A DNA stretch of 64,000 bases from Bacillota bacterium (GTDB lineage Bacteria; Bacillota; Clostridia; Acetivibrionales; DSM-1351). Position 1 is the first letter of the stretch, and each line of letters begins with the position of its first letter. The position numbers were made by a program, and so were the translations under genes. The stretch spans positions 30,837 through 94,836 of the forward strand of contig JAEYHZ010000015.1 of assembly GCA_023409265.1 (NCBI GenBank), read 5' to 3'. Shown here in pieces: positions 1 to 9,999 of the stretch. The notes beneath the pieces were generated by a model. The model was given only the letters and a program-made list of their open reading frames with translations. It ran no database searches and was not told the origin of the DNA.

Positions 1-1
1 A

Positions 2-211
2 GGCGGTATTTACCTTATTGAAGCCATATCTGTAATACTTCAGGTAGGTTCCTTTAAACTGACAGGAAAAAGAATATTTAAGATGGCTCCAATTCATCAT
101 CACTTTGAGTTGAAGGGCTGGAAGGAAACCAAAGTAGTTGCAGTTTTTATCATTGTAACTGTTTTACTTGCAATTGCAGCACTGATGATAGTGGGTGTTG
201 GGACCTACTAA
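2..211 (+). CDS. mraY: Phospho-N-acetylmuramoyl-pentapeptide transferase, 3' end (truncated by the window edge)
   Basis: Frame from base 2 reads [40 protein letters not shown], the MraY C-terminal HHH motif; TAA at 209-211. Confidence 0.95.
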   Translation, partial: GGIYLIEAISVILQVGSFKLTGKRIFKMAPIHHHFELKGWKETKVVAVFIIVTVLLAIAALMIVGVGTY

Positions 212-311
212 CCTTACTAAAGTCAAATTAGCTGAAGTGCGTTGGAATTAATGGGATAAAAATTTCATATAATCTCATTGTATGAAATACGGGTAAGGCT
301 GGAGGAAATTA

Positions 312-1430
312 ATGAAAAACAAAAACAAAAAGCCTTTTGACTTTTGGATATTTGCAGCGGTAATATTTTTACTTTCAATCGGTACCATTATGGTGTTCAG
401 TTCAAGCTATTATGTATCTGTAAAACAAGTGGGTAATTCGTTCAGCATGATAAAACCACAGTTAATGTATATGGCTATAAGTATTGTAGTAGTTGTAATT
501 ACGATGAATTATGACTATCACAGGTGGGGAAAGATATCACCAATACTGCTTATGGGCAGCATTGGACTGTTGATACTGGTACTGATCCCGGGTGTTGGGG
601 TAGAAATTAATGGTGCTCAGAGATGGCTCGGAGTGGGAGATAAAACCATTCAGCCTTCTGAATTGGCGAAACTTTCTCTTATAATGTTTCTTTCCTTCAG
701 TCTGTCAAAACGAAAGGATGTCTTACAGTCGTTTACAAAGGGCCTGTTGCCCTATCTTGCACTTATAGGATTTATTTGCGGTTTGGTTGTAATTGAGCCG
801 CATCTTAGCGGAGCTATAATCATTGCAATGACAGGTTTTATTATTTTGTTCTGTGCCGGGGCCAAAATATCCCACTTTATGTCACTTGCCGTTCCGGTTG
901 TTCTGGCAGTTGTGGGAGCAGTTTTAGTTGCACCGTACCGATTTGACAGAGTTAAGGCATGGCTTGATCCTTTTAATATAGCCTACAAAATGAATGAAAG
1001 CTGGCAGATAGTAAATTCACTTCTGGCAATCGGGTCGGGAGGACTCTTTGGGAGAGGTCTCGGGCAGAGTATGCAGAAGTATCTCTACATACCCGAGCCC
1101 TATAATGACTATATATTTGCGGTTTTGGCCGAGGAACTGGGTTTCCTGGGTTCGGCGGTGGTAATGCTTTTATTCCTGGTATTTATATGGAGGGGAATAA
1201 AAGTCGCCATGAACGCTCCTGATGTTTTCGGAAGCCTGATGGCTATAGGTATCACAGCTCTGATTGGTGTACAGGCGTTATTTAATGTGGCAGTTGTAAC
1301 CAATTCAATACCATCAACCGGTATATCGCTTCCCTTTTTTAGTGCGGGAGGTACCTCATTGATTTTCCTTATGTTTGGTGTTGGAATTTTACTCAATATC
1401 TCAAGATATTCAAATTATGAGCGGTTTTGA
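312..1430 (+). CDS. ftsW: SEDS-family peptidoglycan polymerase FtsW/SpoVE
   Basis: GAQRW, IQPSELAK, GSGGLFGRGLG, DYIFAVLAEELG motifs; lies between mraY and murG; GGAGG RBS. Confidence 0.93.
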   Translation: MKNKNKKPFDFWIFAAVIFLLSIGTIMVFSSSYYVSVKQVGNSFSMIKPQLMYMAISIVVVVITMNYDYHRWGKISPILLMGSIGLLILVLIPGVGVEINGAQRWLGVGDKTIQPSELAKLSLIMFLSFSLSKRKDVLQSFTKGLLPYLALIGFICGLVVIEPHLSGAIIIAMTGFIILFCAGAKISHFMSLAVPVVLAVVGAVLVAPYRFDRVKAWLDPFNIAYKMNESWQIVNSLLAIGSGGLFGRGLGQSMQKYLYIPEPYNDYIFAVLAEELGFLGSAVVMLLFLVFIWRGIKVAMNAPDVFGSLMAIGITALIGVQALFNVAVVTNSIPSTGISLPFFSAGGTSLIFLMFGVGILLNISRYSNYERF

Positions 1431-1524
1431 TGGTACTTTACATTTTAAATTAAAACGTGTTTATGTAAACATAAATCTTGTATGTAATTGTAAGAGTAAT
1501 CATAATGTAATTATTAATCATAAA

Positions 1525-1596
1525 CGTAATCATAAAGGTAATTATAAATGTAATCATAAATGTAATTATAAATGTAATCATAAATGTAATTATAAG
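1525..1596. repeat. Tandem repeat, 6 x 12 bp (NGTAAT[C/T]ATAA[A/G]); degenerate units extend back to about 1483
   Basis: cgtaatcataaa ggtaattataaa tgtaatcataaa tgtaattataaa tgtaatcataaa tgtaattataag. Confidence 0.9.
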
Positions 1597-1784
1597 AGTT
1601 ATCAGATTGAATGGTATCAAGAAGTAACTATGTAAAGAATTATTTACAGGTGTAATGAAATAAATTTAAATCCCCGACAAAAGGTATTGTAAATACTTTT
1701 TATGAAACAAGTGTGCAATATAGCACTATAGTAAAGAAAGAGACATTATCTCAACTCTTTCAAAAAGGGGACAGGGAGGTTAGC

Positions 1785-2894
1785 GTGAAAGTCTTAATAG
1801 CTGGTGGAGGAACAGGCGGACATATTAATCCGGGACTTGCAATTGCAAAGTATATTGCTGAGAAAAATCCTTCTGCAGAGATAACCTTTGTAGGGACCAA
1901 AAAAGGGCTGGAAACCAAACTTGTGCCCAGGGAAGGCTTTACTCTTGAGACAATAACAGTCAGAGGCTTCAGAAGGAGAATTTCCCTGGATACCGTACTG
2001 GCCTTAAAAGAATTGGTGCAGAGCTTTTTTGAGGCCTCAAGGCTTATAAAGAAATTGAAACCGGATATTGTTATTGGAACGGGAGGCTATGTTTGCGGTC
2101 CGGTTCTGTATGTAGCAGCCAAAAAGGGAATACCTACCTTGATACATGAGTCCAACGCCTTTCCCGGTGTAACAAACAGGCTGCTTGAAAAACATGTTAA
2201 CTATGTAGCAATAAGCTTTAAAGACGCTGGAAAATATTTTAAAAATAAAAACAAACTTGTTCATACAGGTAACCCTGTCAGACAGGAACTGCTTACATCA
2301 GACAGACAAGCTGCGTTGAAGAATTTGGGTATTGTGGAAGGTAAGCCTTTAATAGTTGCTATGGGCGGCAGCAGAGGAGCAAGAAAGATCAACGAAACCA
2401 TAGCTGAAATGCTGAACACTCATTTCAAGGGCGAGTTTAATCTGATTTTTGCCACCGGTGAGGCGCAGTTCGAGGATATAAATCTGTCAGTTTGCCTTGA
2501 TGAGAAGTATAAGAAAATGGTGAAGGTGGTTCCTTATATTTACGATGTAGCGCAGGTCTATACTGCCAGCGACTTAATGATATGCCGCGCCGGAGCCATA
2601 ACCGTGAGCGAGCTGCAGACCATGGGAACACCTTCGATACTTATTCCGTCACCTTATGTTACCGCCAACCACCAGGAGCATAATGCTCGCTCGCTGGAGA
2701 AGGATGGCGGCGCGGTAGTGATACTGGAAAATGAGCTGAATGCAGACCTGCTGTATAATCAGATATGCAGCCTTATATCAAACAGGGATGTATTGAAGAA
2801 AATGTCGGTTGCTGCAACAAAAAATCGTATGACAGATTCGGCAGAAAAGATATATACTCTTGTTGAAGAGCTCCTCCATAGGCCGAACAAATAA
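1785..2894 (+). CDS. murG: Undecaprenyl-PP-MurNAc-pentapeptide GlcNAc transferase MurG
   Basis: GGGTGGH, GGYV, HESN, GNPVR, GGSRGA, HQEHNA motifs; start moved to GTG 1785 behind GGGAGG (ORF track gives 1713). Confidence 0.96.
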   Translation: MKVLIAGGGTGGHINPGLAIAKYIAEKNPSAEITFVGTKKGLETKLVPREGFTLETITVRGFRRRISLDTVLALKELVQSFFEASRLIKKLKPDIVIGTGGYVCGPVLYVAAKKGIPTLIHESNAFPGVTNRLLEKHVNYVAISFKDAGKYFKNKNKLVHTGNPVRQELLTSDRQAALKNLGIVEGKPLIVAMGGSRGARKINETIAEMLNTHFKGEFNLIFATGEAQFEDINLSVCLDEKYKKMVKVVPYIYDVAQVYTASDLMICRAGAITVSELQTMGTPSILIPSPYVTANHQEHNARSLEKDGGAVVILENELNADLLYNQICSLISNRDVLKKMSVAATKNRMTDSAEKIYTLVEELLHRPNK

Positions 2895-3251
2895 GATATT
2901 ATATATCTTGCTGGTCATTTTTTATTTAAAGCTATTGCATCAGTTATTCGTACGCGAGTATAATCTATAAAAATGTGGAAGCATGGAGTCGGTAGGAGCA
3001 GAAAAAAAATATTACATATCTTGGCAGCTATTTATTTTTACAGAAATAACAAAGTGATGGTACGCGAGTACAACTTATAGAAATGGGGCAGCACGGTTAA
3101 AACTAATTAAGCAATTGCGTGTAAACAACGCTATTACTTAATTAGTTTGGGTGCAACACATTTCTATAAGTTTGTGCGGGAGTACCATCTTTTTTGATGT
3201 CTGTAAAAATAAAATGAAACGGCAAGCTAAGGAATGACCAAATAATATCTT
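2893..3251. repeat. Long imperfect palindrome with an internal degenerate direct duplication
   Basis: Arm pairs 3031-3044/3200-3213, 3056-3063/3182-3189, 3072-3085/3159-3172, 3100-3111/3137-3148; outer inverted repeat aagatattat/ataatatctt; gtacgcgagta at 2950 and 3060. Confidence 0.8.
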
Positions 3252-3263
3252 GTGAAAAAAATG

Positions 3264-3293
3264 TAGACATTTGGGGAATACTTATGATATACT
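3264..3293 (+). promoter_or_regulatory. Putative sigma-A promoter of uraA
   Basis: TAGACA-18 bp-TATACT with extended -10 TG, just upstream of the PyrR leader. Confidence 0.6.
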
Positions 3294-3309
3294 TGTCTCC
3301 GGATAAAAA

Positions 3310-3420
3310 AACTTTTAAATTAGTCCAGAGAGGCTAGTAAGGGTACATATGGGATTAGTATGTTTATGTTTGGATGAAACCCAACCTTGCTGCGCCTACA
3401 GTCAGTAAGGTTTTTTTATT
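3310..3420 (+). promoter_or_regulatory. PyrR-binding attenuator (binding loop plus terminator)
   Basis: AGTCCAGAGAGGCT at 3322-3335 matches the ARUCCNGNGAGGYU consensus; terminator stem 3383-3392/3403-3412 followed by a T-run; precedes a uracil permease. Confidence 0.92.
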
Positions 3421-3450
3421 TCCATAATAAAATATAGGGGGATTTATACA

Positions 3451-4839
3451 ATGAAGTATTCTAGACCCGTAATTCAGGTTGAAGAAAAAGTTCCATTTCT
3501 AAAAGCACTTCCACTGAGTTTTCAGCACTTGTTTGCAATGTTTGGCGCATCAGTACTTGTTCCGTTTTTATTTAACAGTTATGCAAAAGATCATTTTCTA
3601 AAAGCATTAAAGTTAACAGTTGAACAGTTGAATCCGGATCAATTGGCACAGTACAACAGTATTCAGGTTATTGATCCTGCACTTGTTCTTCTTCTCAATG
3701 GTATCGGTACATTGATTTACTTGTTCTTATGTAAAGGAAAAGCACCTGCTTTCCTTGGATCAAGCTTTGCTTTTCTCTCACCAACAGCTGCAATAATAGC
3801 AAGTTCAGGTGACTACGCAAACAATTTCAGGACAGCTCTTGGCGGTTTTATTATATGCGGTGTGGTTTTTGTAGTAGTTGCGTTAATTATAGGTAGAGTT
3901 GGAACCAAGTGGCTTGATGTAGTTCTTCCTCCGGCAGCAATGGGACCCATAGTAACTCTCATCGGACTTGAGTTGGCAGGTACGGCAGCAGACATGGCAA
4001 AATTATTCCCGAATAAAGATGGGGCATTTGATACAAAAGGAATTATAATATCACTTGTTACATTGGCATTGGTAGTAATAGGTAACCTGTGCTTTAGAGG
4101 CTTCCTTTCCGTAATTCCTGTGTTATTCGCAGTAGTAGCAGGATATGGACTCTCAGCAGCAATGGGTTATGTTGATTATACAGCAATTACGGCAAAAAGC
4201 TGGTTCAGCCTTCCACAGTTTGTATTACCTTCTTTTGATCCAAAGGCAATGTTAATCCTTGCACCTGCTGCACTGGTTGTGCTTTCAGAACATATCGGTC
4301 ATTTGTTCGTTACAGGCAATATTGTAGGTAGGGATTTAACCAAGAATCCAGGTCTTCACAGATCCCTTATGGGTGATGGTATTTCTACAATTCTTTCAGG
4401 CTTTACTGGTTCCTGCCCTACAACAACCTACGGTGAAAACATGGGAGTAATGGCAATAACCAGAGTATATAGTGTATGGGTAATCGGAGGAGCAGGCGTT
4501 ATATCCATAATAATTGCGTTTTTTGGTAAACTTTCAGGTATCATATCCAGTATACCAACACCTGTAATGGGTGGTGTGAGTCTGCTTCTTTTCGGCGTAA
4601 TCGCAGCATCAGGTATCAGAATGATTGTTGAAGCAAAAATTGATTACAGCAAATCAAGAAACCTGATTCTGACAGCTATTGTATTTGTAATAGGTATCAG
4701 CGGAGTTTCTGTAAATCTGGGAGAAAATGTTCAGCTTAAGGGGATGGTTCTGGCTACTTTGGTTGGAATGGCGCTGAGCCTGATATTCTATGTTCTTGAG
4801 TTACTTAAACTTACAAATGATGCAGAAGAAGCAAAATAA
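3451..4839 (+). CDS. uraA: Uracil permease (NCS2/NAT family)
   Basis: QHLFAMFG, LGSSFAF and TTTYGENMGVMAITRV signature; PyrR leader upstream. Confidence 0.93.
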   Translation: MKYSRPVIQVEEKVPFLKALPLSFQHLFAMFGASVLVPFLFNSYAKDHFLKALKLTVEQLNPDQLAQYNSIQVIDPALVLLLNGIGTLIYLFLCKGKAPAFLGSSFAFLSPTAAIIASSGDYANNFRTALGGFIICGVVFVVVALIIGRVGTKWLDVVLPPAAMGPIVTLIGLELAGTAADMAKLFPNKDGAFDTKGIIISLVTLALVVIGNLCFRGFLSVIPVLFAVVAGYGLSAAMGYVDYTAITAKSWFSLPQFVLPSFDPKAMLILAPAALVVLSEHIGHLFVTGNIVGRDLTKNPGLHRSLMGDGISTILSGFTGSCPTTTYGENMGVMAITRVYSVWVIGGAGVISIIIAFFGKLSGIISSIPTPVMGGVSLLLFGVIAASGIRMIVEAKIDYSKSRNLILTAIVFVIGISGVSVNLGENVQLKGMVLATLVGMALSLIFYVLELLKLTNDAEEAK

Positions 4840-4918
4840 CCTGCTTGGTTGTATTCATGGATAAAAAGTATCCGTTTTTGGTATGATACGCATCATTTTG
4901 TCACAGAGATAACACGAC

Positions 4919-4957
4919 AAAAAAACTCATTCTCCATATAAGGGAATGAGTTTTTTT
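4919..4957. terminator. Bidirectional intrinsic terminator
   Basis: A-run, ctcattc stem, loop, gaatgag, T-run; between convergent genes. Confidence 0.85.
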
Positions 4958-4966
4958 ATGCAAGTA

Positions 4967-6157
4967 CTATGAACTTCTTCTCGATTGCAATTTCAACTTG
5001 AGGAAACGCCTTCTGCGTCGAATCTCTGAGGGGTATATAAATACTTCATTTCTGATTAGACCAAGACTGACATCGACTATCTTTTTAGCTGATTCATGGT
5101 CAAAATACTCTCTCTGGGACTGTTTAATTTCGTTTAACCCCTTTGCATTGTCAGCCAGCAGGCCTGATACAATGGAGGATAAGTTTGAAAGATCATCACA
5201 AAAAATACCAAGTTTGTTGTTAACGGCGAAATCAGGATTTTCCTGCTCCTGGCCCGGAAGCGCACCGGTTATTATTAGTGGAACATTACAGGCGATTGCC
5301 TCCATCATAACGTTTGGGCTGCCTCTGGTAAAGGCTATATCAGATTTAAGCATATAATCCTGGATATTGGTAATATATCCATGTATCTCAACCCTTCCCG
5401 GATATTGCTGAGAAAGGGATTTCTCAAGCTTTTCCTTCATAGCTGCATTTCTGCCGGCAATAATTCTTACGTTACAGTTGAAGTTGTCCAATAATATTCT
5501 TGAAACCGCATTCATATCACCTGAGCCTTCACCGCCACTCATTATCAGGCATTCGAGAGGTCTATCCAAAGTATAGTCCGGTTTATGAATATTTTGTGTT
5601 ATATGTTCGGTAAATCTTGATCTGACAGGAAAACCTGCAACCGTGATATTCTTTTCAGGAACGCCAAAACCCATGCATCTTTCTTTGGCTTCCTGTGTGG
5701 GACAGATTATCATATCTGCACGTTTATCAGCCCACAGGGGAGAAATACTTACAAGATCTGCTACAAATATTGCAAAGGGAATGTTTATCTTATACTCTTT
5801 TAGTATGTTTAAAATAGGTGCGTTAAATACCGGATGAACAGAAAGTATCAAGTCGGGTTTTAATTTCCTCAGCATTTTTATAAAGTTTTCGCGTATTGTA
5901 AGTTCAGTGAATTCATGAATGAATGAGGGACTTCTTTTGGATATTTTCCATGCCAATTTCCATAGCTCTTTGGCATTTCTGGTAACCAATCCATAAGATT
6001 TGCCAACTTTAACCCACATGTTACCGCCTAAATCAAAGCCATCTATAATATTAACATTTACATCTTCATGCAGATTAAATTGTTCCAACAGAGATTCACT
6101 TATACTCTTATGACCATGACCAGTGTAATCCGATGATATTATTACAACATTTCTCAT
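4967..6157 (-). CDS. MGDG synthase / UgtP-like diacylglycerol glycosyltransferase (GT28)
   Basis: TGHGH N-terminal motif, SVHP, GFPVR, GGEG, PGQEQEN. Confidence 0.85.
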   Translation of the reverse strand: MRNVVIISSDYTGHGHKSISESLLEQFNLHEDVNVNIIDGFDLGGNMWVKVGKSYGLVTRNAKELWKLAWKISKRSPSFIHEFTELTIRENFIKMLRKLKPDLILSVHPVFNAPILNILKEYKINIPFAIFVADLVSISPLWADKRADMIICPTQEAKERCMGFGVPEKNITVAGFPVRSRFTEHITQNIHKPDYTLDRPLECLIMSGGEGSGDMNAVSRILLDNFNCNVRIIAGRNAAMKEKLEKSLSQQYPGRVEIHGYITNIQDYMLKSDIAFTRGSPNVMMEAIACNVPLIITGALPGQEQENPDFAVNNKLGIFCDDLSNLSSIVSGLLADNAKGLNEIKQSQREYFDHESAKKIVDVSLGLIRNEVFIYPSEIRRRRRFLKLKLQSRRSS

Positions 6158-6363
6158 GTTTCTTCCTTAGCCTCCAAGATTGATTCACTAAATTTTTGAT
6201 GACACCTAAGTATAAATATATAATAATACAAATTACCGGTTAAGTGATAGGTGTCATATGTTAAATTATGCATAATTTTTTTATTTATATCCTCTGTTTA
6301 TTTTACGCTCATAAATCTAAAATGTTTGATTTATTTTTTACATATTTTAATTTAGACATGCGT

Positions 6364-6501
6364 TATAACGAGGCAATTGATGTCGATGGTGTCATAGTGT
6401 CCTATCTGGAAACATTGAGAACACCTTTGTCTCGTTGAAACGCACAGATGTAATAAAATTTTTCTACAGCCGAAAAATTTTATCTGAACCTATGCGTTAT
6501 A
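6364..6501. repeat. Dispersed palindromic element, TATAACG...CGTTATA family, copy 1
   Basis: Shares its 5' end (17/20) and the core aaaatttttctaca[g/a]ccgaaaaatttt...atgcgttata with 39020-39193. Confidence 0.8.
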
Positions 6502-6525
6502 ATCCATTTATTGTTTTCATATATT
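6497..6525 (+). promoter_or_regulatory. Putative sigma-E (sporulation) promoter
   Basis: TTATAAT-14 bp-CATATATT upstream of a dacB-like gene; dacB is sigma-E-dependent in Bacillus subtilis. Confidence 0.5.
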
Positions 6526-6599
6526 TATAACGCTTAAGTTTTGTACTATGTATTCCAATAAAATATAAATATGAACATTTATATTAGAAAGCTGGGGAT

Positions 6600-7808
6600 G
6601 TGAGGCTGTTGAAAAAAACACTAAGATTAGTATTTATTATTGTCATTATTTTATCCAATTTATTGTACACCAATAAGGTTTCCGCTGATGACAGAAATGA
6701 CGACGAACCTATAAATGGACTTATTGGTCAGGATAGTATCGAAACCACAGTAAATAAGAACCCGAAGATTTCAGCAGGGGCTGCACTGGTTCTGGATACA
6801 GCCAGTGGTCGTGTACTTTATGAAAAGAATGCCTATAGTCGCCGTTCCATAGCAAGTACTACCAAAATAATGACAGCAATTGTGGCTCTTGAAAACGGGA
6901 ATGATGAGGAAGACGTAGTAATCAGTAAGAGAGCTGCTGCTATAGGCGGATCAACTGTCCATCTGAAGGCAGGGAAAACTTATAAACTCAAGGATTTATT
7001 GTATGCCATGATGCTCAGATCAGGAAATGATGCAGCTATTGCCGTGGCCGAACATATAGGAGGCTCAGTTGAACTTTTCGCAGAAATGATGAACAGAAAG
7101 GCTGCTCAAATAGGAGCAACCAATACCAATTTTGTCACACCTCACGGTCTTGACGATCCTCAACATTATTCTACTCCATATGACTTAGCACTTATAACTC
7201 AATATGCCTTGAAAAATGAAAAGTTTTGCAGTATTGTCGGAACAAAGAATTCTGTTTTTGATGGAAATAATATAACAAATACCAATGAAATGCTCAGCTT
7301 ATATCCAGGTGTGGATGGTGTAAAAACCGGTTATACCGGGCAGGCAGGGAGATGTCTTGTAACATCGGCCACAAAGGATAATTGGAGAATAATATCAGTT
7401 GTACTTAACTGTTCTTCAAGAGCTTCAAGGGCACAAAACAGCAAAGTATTGCTGGACTATGCTTTTGACAATTACAAAAACTATGAGTATTTGAGGAAGG
7501 GGCAGAAGCTTCAGGAGATTAATGTACATAAGGGATTGGCTGATAAAATGGCAGTATACTCTGACTCTGAAATAACGATACCTTTAAAGCAGGATGAAGT
7601 AGATAAGGTTAAAGTAGTATACAATCTTCCCAAACAACTTGAAGCACCTGTAAAAAGCGATACCATAGTCGGTTCGGTTGACTTTATACTGGAAGGTAAA
7701 GTTCTGGCAACTTCGGAAATCAAAAGCATGGAAAAAATGGGAAGAAAAGATTTCTATTATTACTTCGACTCCATATTCAAAACCTGGACCAGACTTGTAC
7801 ACAACTGA
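6600..7808 (+). CDS. dacB: D-alanyl-D-alanine carboxypeptidase (peptidase S11, DacB-like)
   Basis: STTK (SxxK), SGN (SxN) and KTG motifs; signal peptide; PBP5-like C-terminal domain. Confidence 0.85.
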   Translation: MRLLKKTLRLVFIIVIILSNLLYTNKVSADDRNDDEPINGLIGQDSIETTVNKNPKISAGAALVLDTASGRVLYEKNAYSRRSIASTTKIMTAIVALENGNDEEDVVISKRAAAIGGSTVHLKAGKTYKLKDLLYAMMLRSGNDAAIAVAEHIGGSVELFAEMMNRKAAQIGATNTNFVTPHGLDDPQHYSTPYDLALITQYALKNEKFCSIVGTKNSVFDGNNITNTNEMLSLYPGVDGVKTGYTGQAGRCLVTSATKDNWRIISVVLNCSSRASRAQNSKVLLDYAFDNYKNYEYLRKGQKLQEINVHKGLADKMAVYSDSEITIPLKQDEVDKVKVVYNLPKQLEAPVKSDTIVGSVDFILEGKVLATSEIKSMEKMGRKDFYYYFDSIFKTWTRLVHN

Positions 7809-7885
7809 GAATGATGGCATAATATATAATAAACCTTGGCAATATATATTTACAGGGTTATTGTATAGCGGAATGGAGCCTGATC

Positions 7886-9646
7886 ATGAAAACCTTATTA
7901 GTTGGTATCAATTCGAAATATATTCACACCTGTCTGGCCATATGGTATTTGAAGGCCAGTGTTCAGAACAGTAAAGAGGTAGTAAAAGGCAGCAATGTTG
8001 TTGCCCGGGAATTCACTATTAACGATAATAAAGATAACATTCTATATGCGATATATATGGAAAAGCCTGATATTCTGGCTTTTTCCTGCTATATATGGAA
8101 CATTGAGCTTATAAATATATTAACAACTGAAATTAAAAAACTTCTGCCAAAATGCAGAATAATATTGGGAGGACCTGAAGTATCCTTCACTGCTTCAGAG
8201 GTTCTTGAAAAAAATGAAACCGTTGACTTTATAGTATGCGGAGAAGGTGAGGAAGTATTTCCGGCCTTGTTAAAATCCATAAGTGAAGGTTCTGATGCTT
8301 TCAAAGAGCTATCCGGAGTGGCATACAGAGAGAACAAAACTGTTTTTTTTAATGAAGGCTACAACCTGGTATCTGAATTGGACAGGCTCCGGTCTCCATA
8401 TACTGAGAACCTGCTGAAATCTATGGAAAACAGGATAATTTACTACGAAGCCTCCAGGGGTTGCCCGTTTTTCTGCTCCTACTGCATATCCTCGACTTTT
8501 AAAGGAGTCAGGTTTTTTTCTCTGGATAGAGTAAAGAAGGATATTAATTATATTCTTCAATACAGGCCGAAACTTATCAAATTTGTAGATAGGACCTTCA
8601 ACTGCAATAGAAAACGGGCAAAAGAGATTGTGGAGTTTATAATATCGCTGGAGGTTGCTACGGTGTTTCACTTTGAGGCTGCTGCGGATTTATTTGATGA
8701 TGAAATGCTTGCACTCCTTGCCAATGCTCCAAAAGGTAGAATTCAATTTGAAATAGGACTACAGACCACTAATGCAGACACACTTTGTGAGATTGACAGG
8801 GTTACCGACCTGTGCAAACTTAAATCAAACGTAGAGAGGCTTCTTCAAAAGGGAAATATTCATATCCATCTGGATCTTATAGCCGGATTACCATTAGAAG
8901 ATATTAATTCGTTTAAACGATCCTTCAATGATGTGTATAATATGAAACCGCATCAGCTTCAATTAGGTTTCCTTAAATTGCTGAAGGGCTCAAAAGTAAG
9001 GCGGGAAGCTGAAAAACACGGATATATCTACAGGGACTATTCTCCTTATGAAATTCTCAGTAACAGATATATATCCTTTGATGAGCTTCTTATTCTTACA
9101 GATATGGAAGAGGTGGTTGAAAGGTATTTTAATTCCAACAGATTCCCCGAGTCACTGGGGCTGTTACAGAAATTTAAGACAAGTGACGCGTTTGAAGTAT
9201 ATAGACAACTATCCGTTTATTGCAGAGAAAACGGGTATCTTGACAGGCCGGTATCGTATCGTGAAAACATATCCATACTTTTTCAATATGGAAAAACCTT
9301 ATTTACAACACCTACAGAGCTTGAAGAATTCAGGCAGGCGATGGTGTTTGATTTTCTAAGCTCCGATAATTCAGGAGCTATTCCTGATGCAATCAGGAAT
9401 GAAGAGGATTATGTACCGGTAAACAAGGTACATCAGATTCTTCGTAATGAAGAATTCATTAAGGAGTATCTCCCGGATTTTATTTCGGTTCCTGTAAAAA
9501 ACATTATCAAGAAAGTATTTTTAATTTCCTTGACACACACAACCGGACCTGATGAATTAATTTTGTTTGATTATTCTCAGAAAGACCTTGTAAGCGATAA
9601 ATTCAGAACTTTAAGGGTTACTATTCCACGGATTTCCTGTCAATAA
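7886..9646 (+). CDS. Cobalamin-binding radical SAM protein (DUF4080-type C-terminus)
   Basis: N-terminal B12-binding-like region (FSCYIWN, GGPEV) and CPFFCSYC CxxxCxxC motif. Confidence 0.85.
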   Translation: MKTLLVGINSKYIHTCLAIWYLKASVQNSKEVVKGSNVVAREFTINDNKDNILYAIYMEKPDILAFSCYIWNIELINILTTEIKKLLPKCRIILGGPEVSFTASEVLEKNETVDFIVCGEGEEVFPALLKSISEGSDAFKELSGVAYRENKTVFFNEGYNLVSELDRLRSPYTENLLKSMENRIIYYEASRGCPFFCSYCISSTFKGVRFFSLDRVKKDINYILQYRPKLIKFVDRTFNCNRKRAKEIVEFIISLEVATVFHFEAAADLFDDEMLALLANAPKGRIQFEIGLQTTNADTLCEIDRVTDLCKLKSNVERLLQKGNIHIHLDLIAGLPLEDINSFKRSFNDVYNMKPHQLQLGFLKLLKGSKVRREAEKHGYIYRDYSPYEILSNRYISFDELLILTDMEEVVERYFNSNRFPESLGLLQKFKTSDAFEVYRQLSVYCRENGYLDRPVSYRENISILFQYGKTLFTTPTELEEFRQAMVFDFLSSDNSGAIPDAIRNEEDYVPVNKVHQILRNEEFIKEYLPDFISVPVKNIIKKVFLISLTHTTGPDELILFDYSQKDLVSDKFRTLRVTIPRISCQ

Positions 9647-9866
9647 TTCCATAACCAACAATTTAACCTTCTGAGTTTCTATTGCTCAGTACTGGTCTTT
9701 TCAAGGCTCTTACCTGATCATAACTGTTTACCTCATTATAAAGTAAATATAATTTTTATTAGCAGTTAATCAAATTTGGTCATATATTACTATATCTGGA
9801 ATCATTTCAGAAATCAAAAAGTGACTTTAAAAAAATAAAACTTACCCACAGAAAAGTTGGTATTTG

Positions 9867-9895
9867 ATAATATTTTTTAAATGCTCACATATATT
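9867..9895 (+). promoter_or_regulatory. Putative sigma-E promoter of the prkA operon
   Basis: ATAATAT-14 bp-CATATATT upstream of sporulation genes. Confidence 0.4.
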
Positions 9896-9999
9896 TTAAA
9901 ATGAGATATTTAATCAGGAGCAAATTATAAACTACTGTATACCTCAGTAAAAATCTGTTTGTTCCTTCAATTCTACCAGGTAAAAAGGGAGGTTTCTAG

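Noticed and set aside
1375..1635. 86-aa ORF with repeated CNHK/CNYK
   Set aside because: It is the translation of the 12-bp minisatellite, overlaps the ftsW end and has no RBS.
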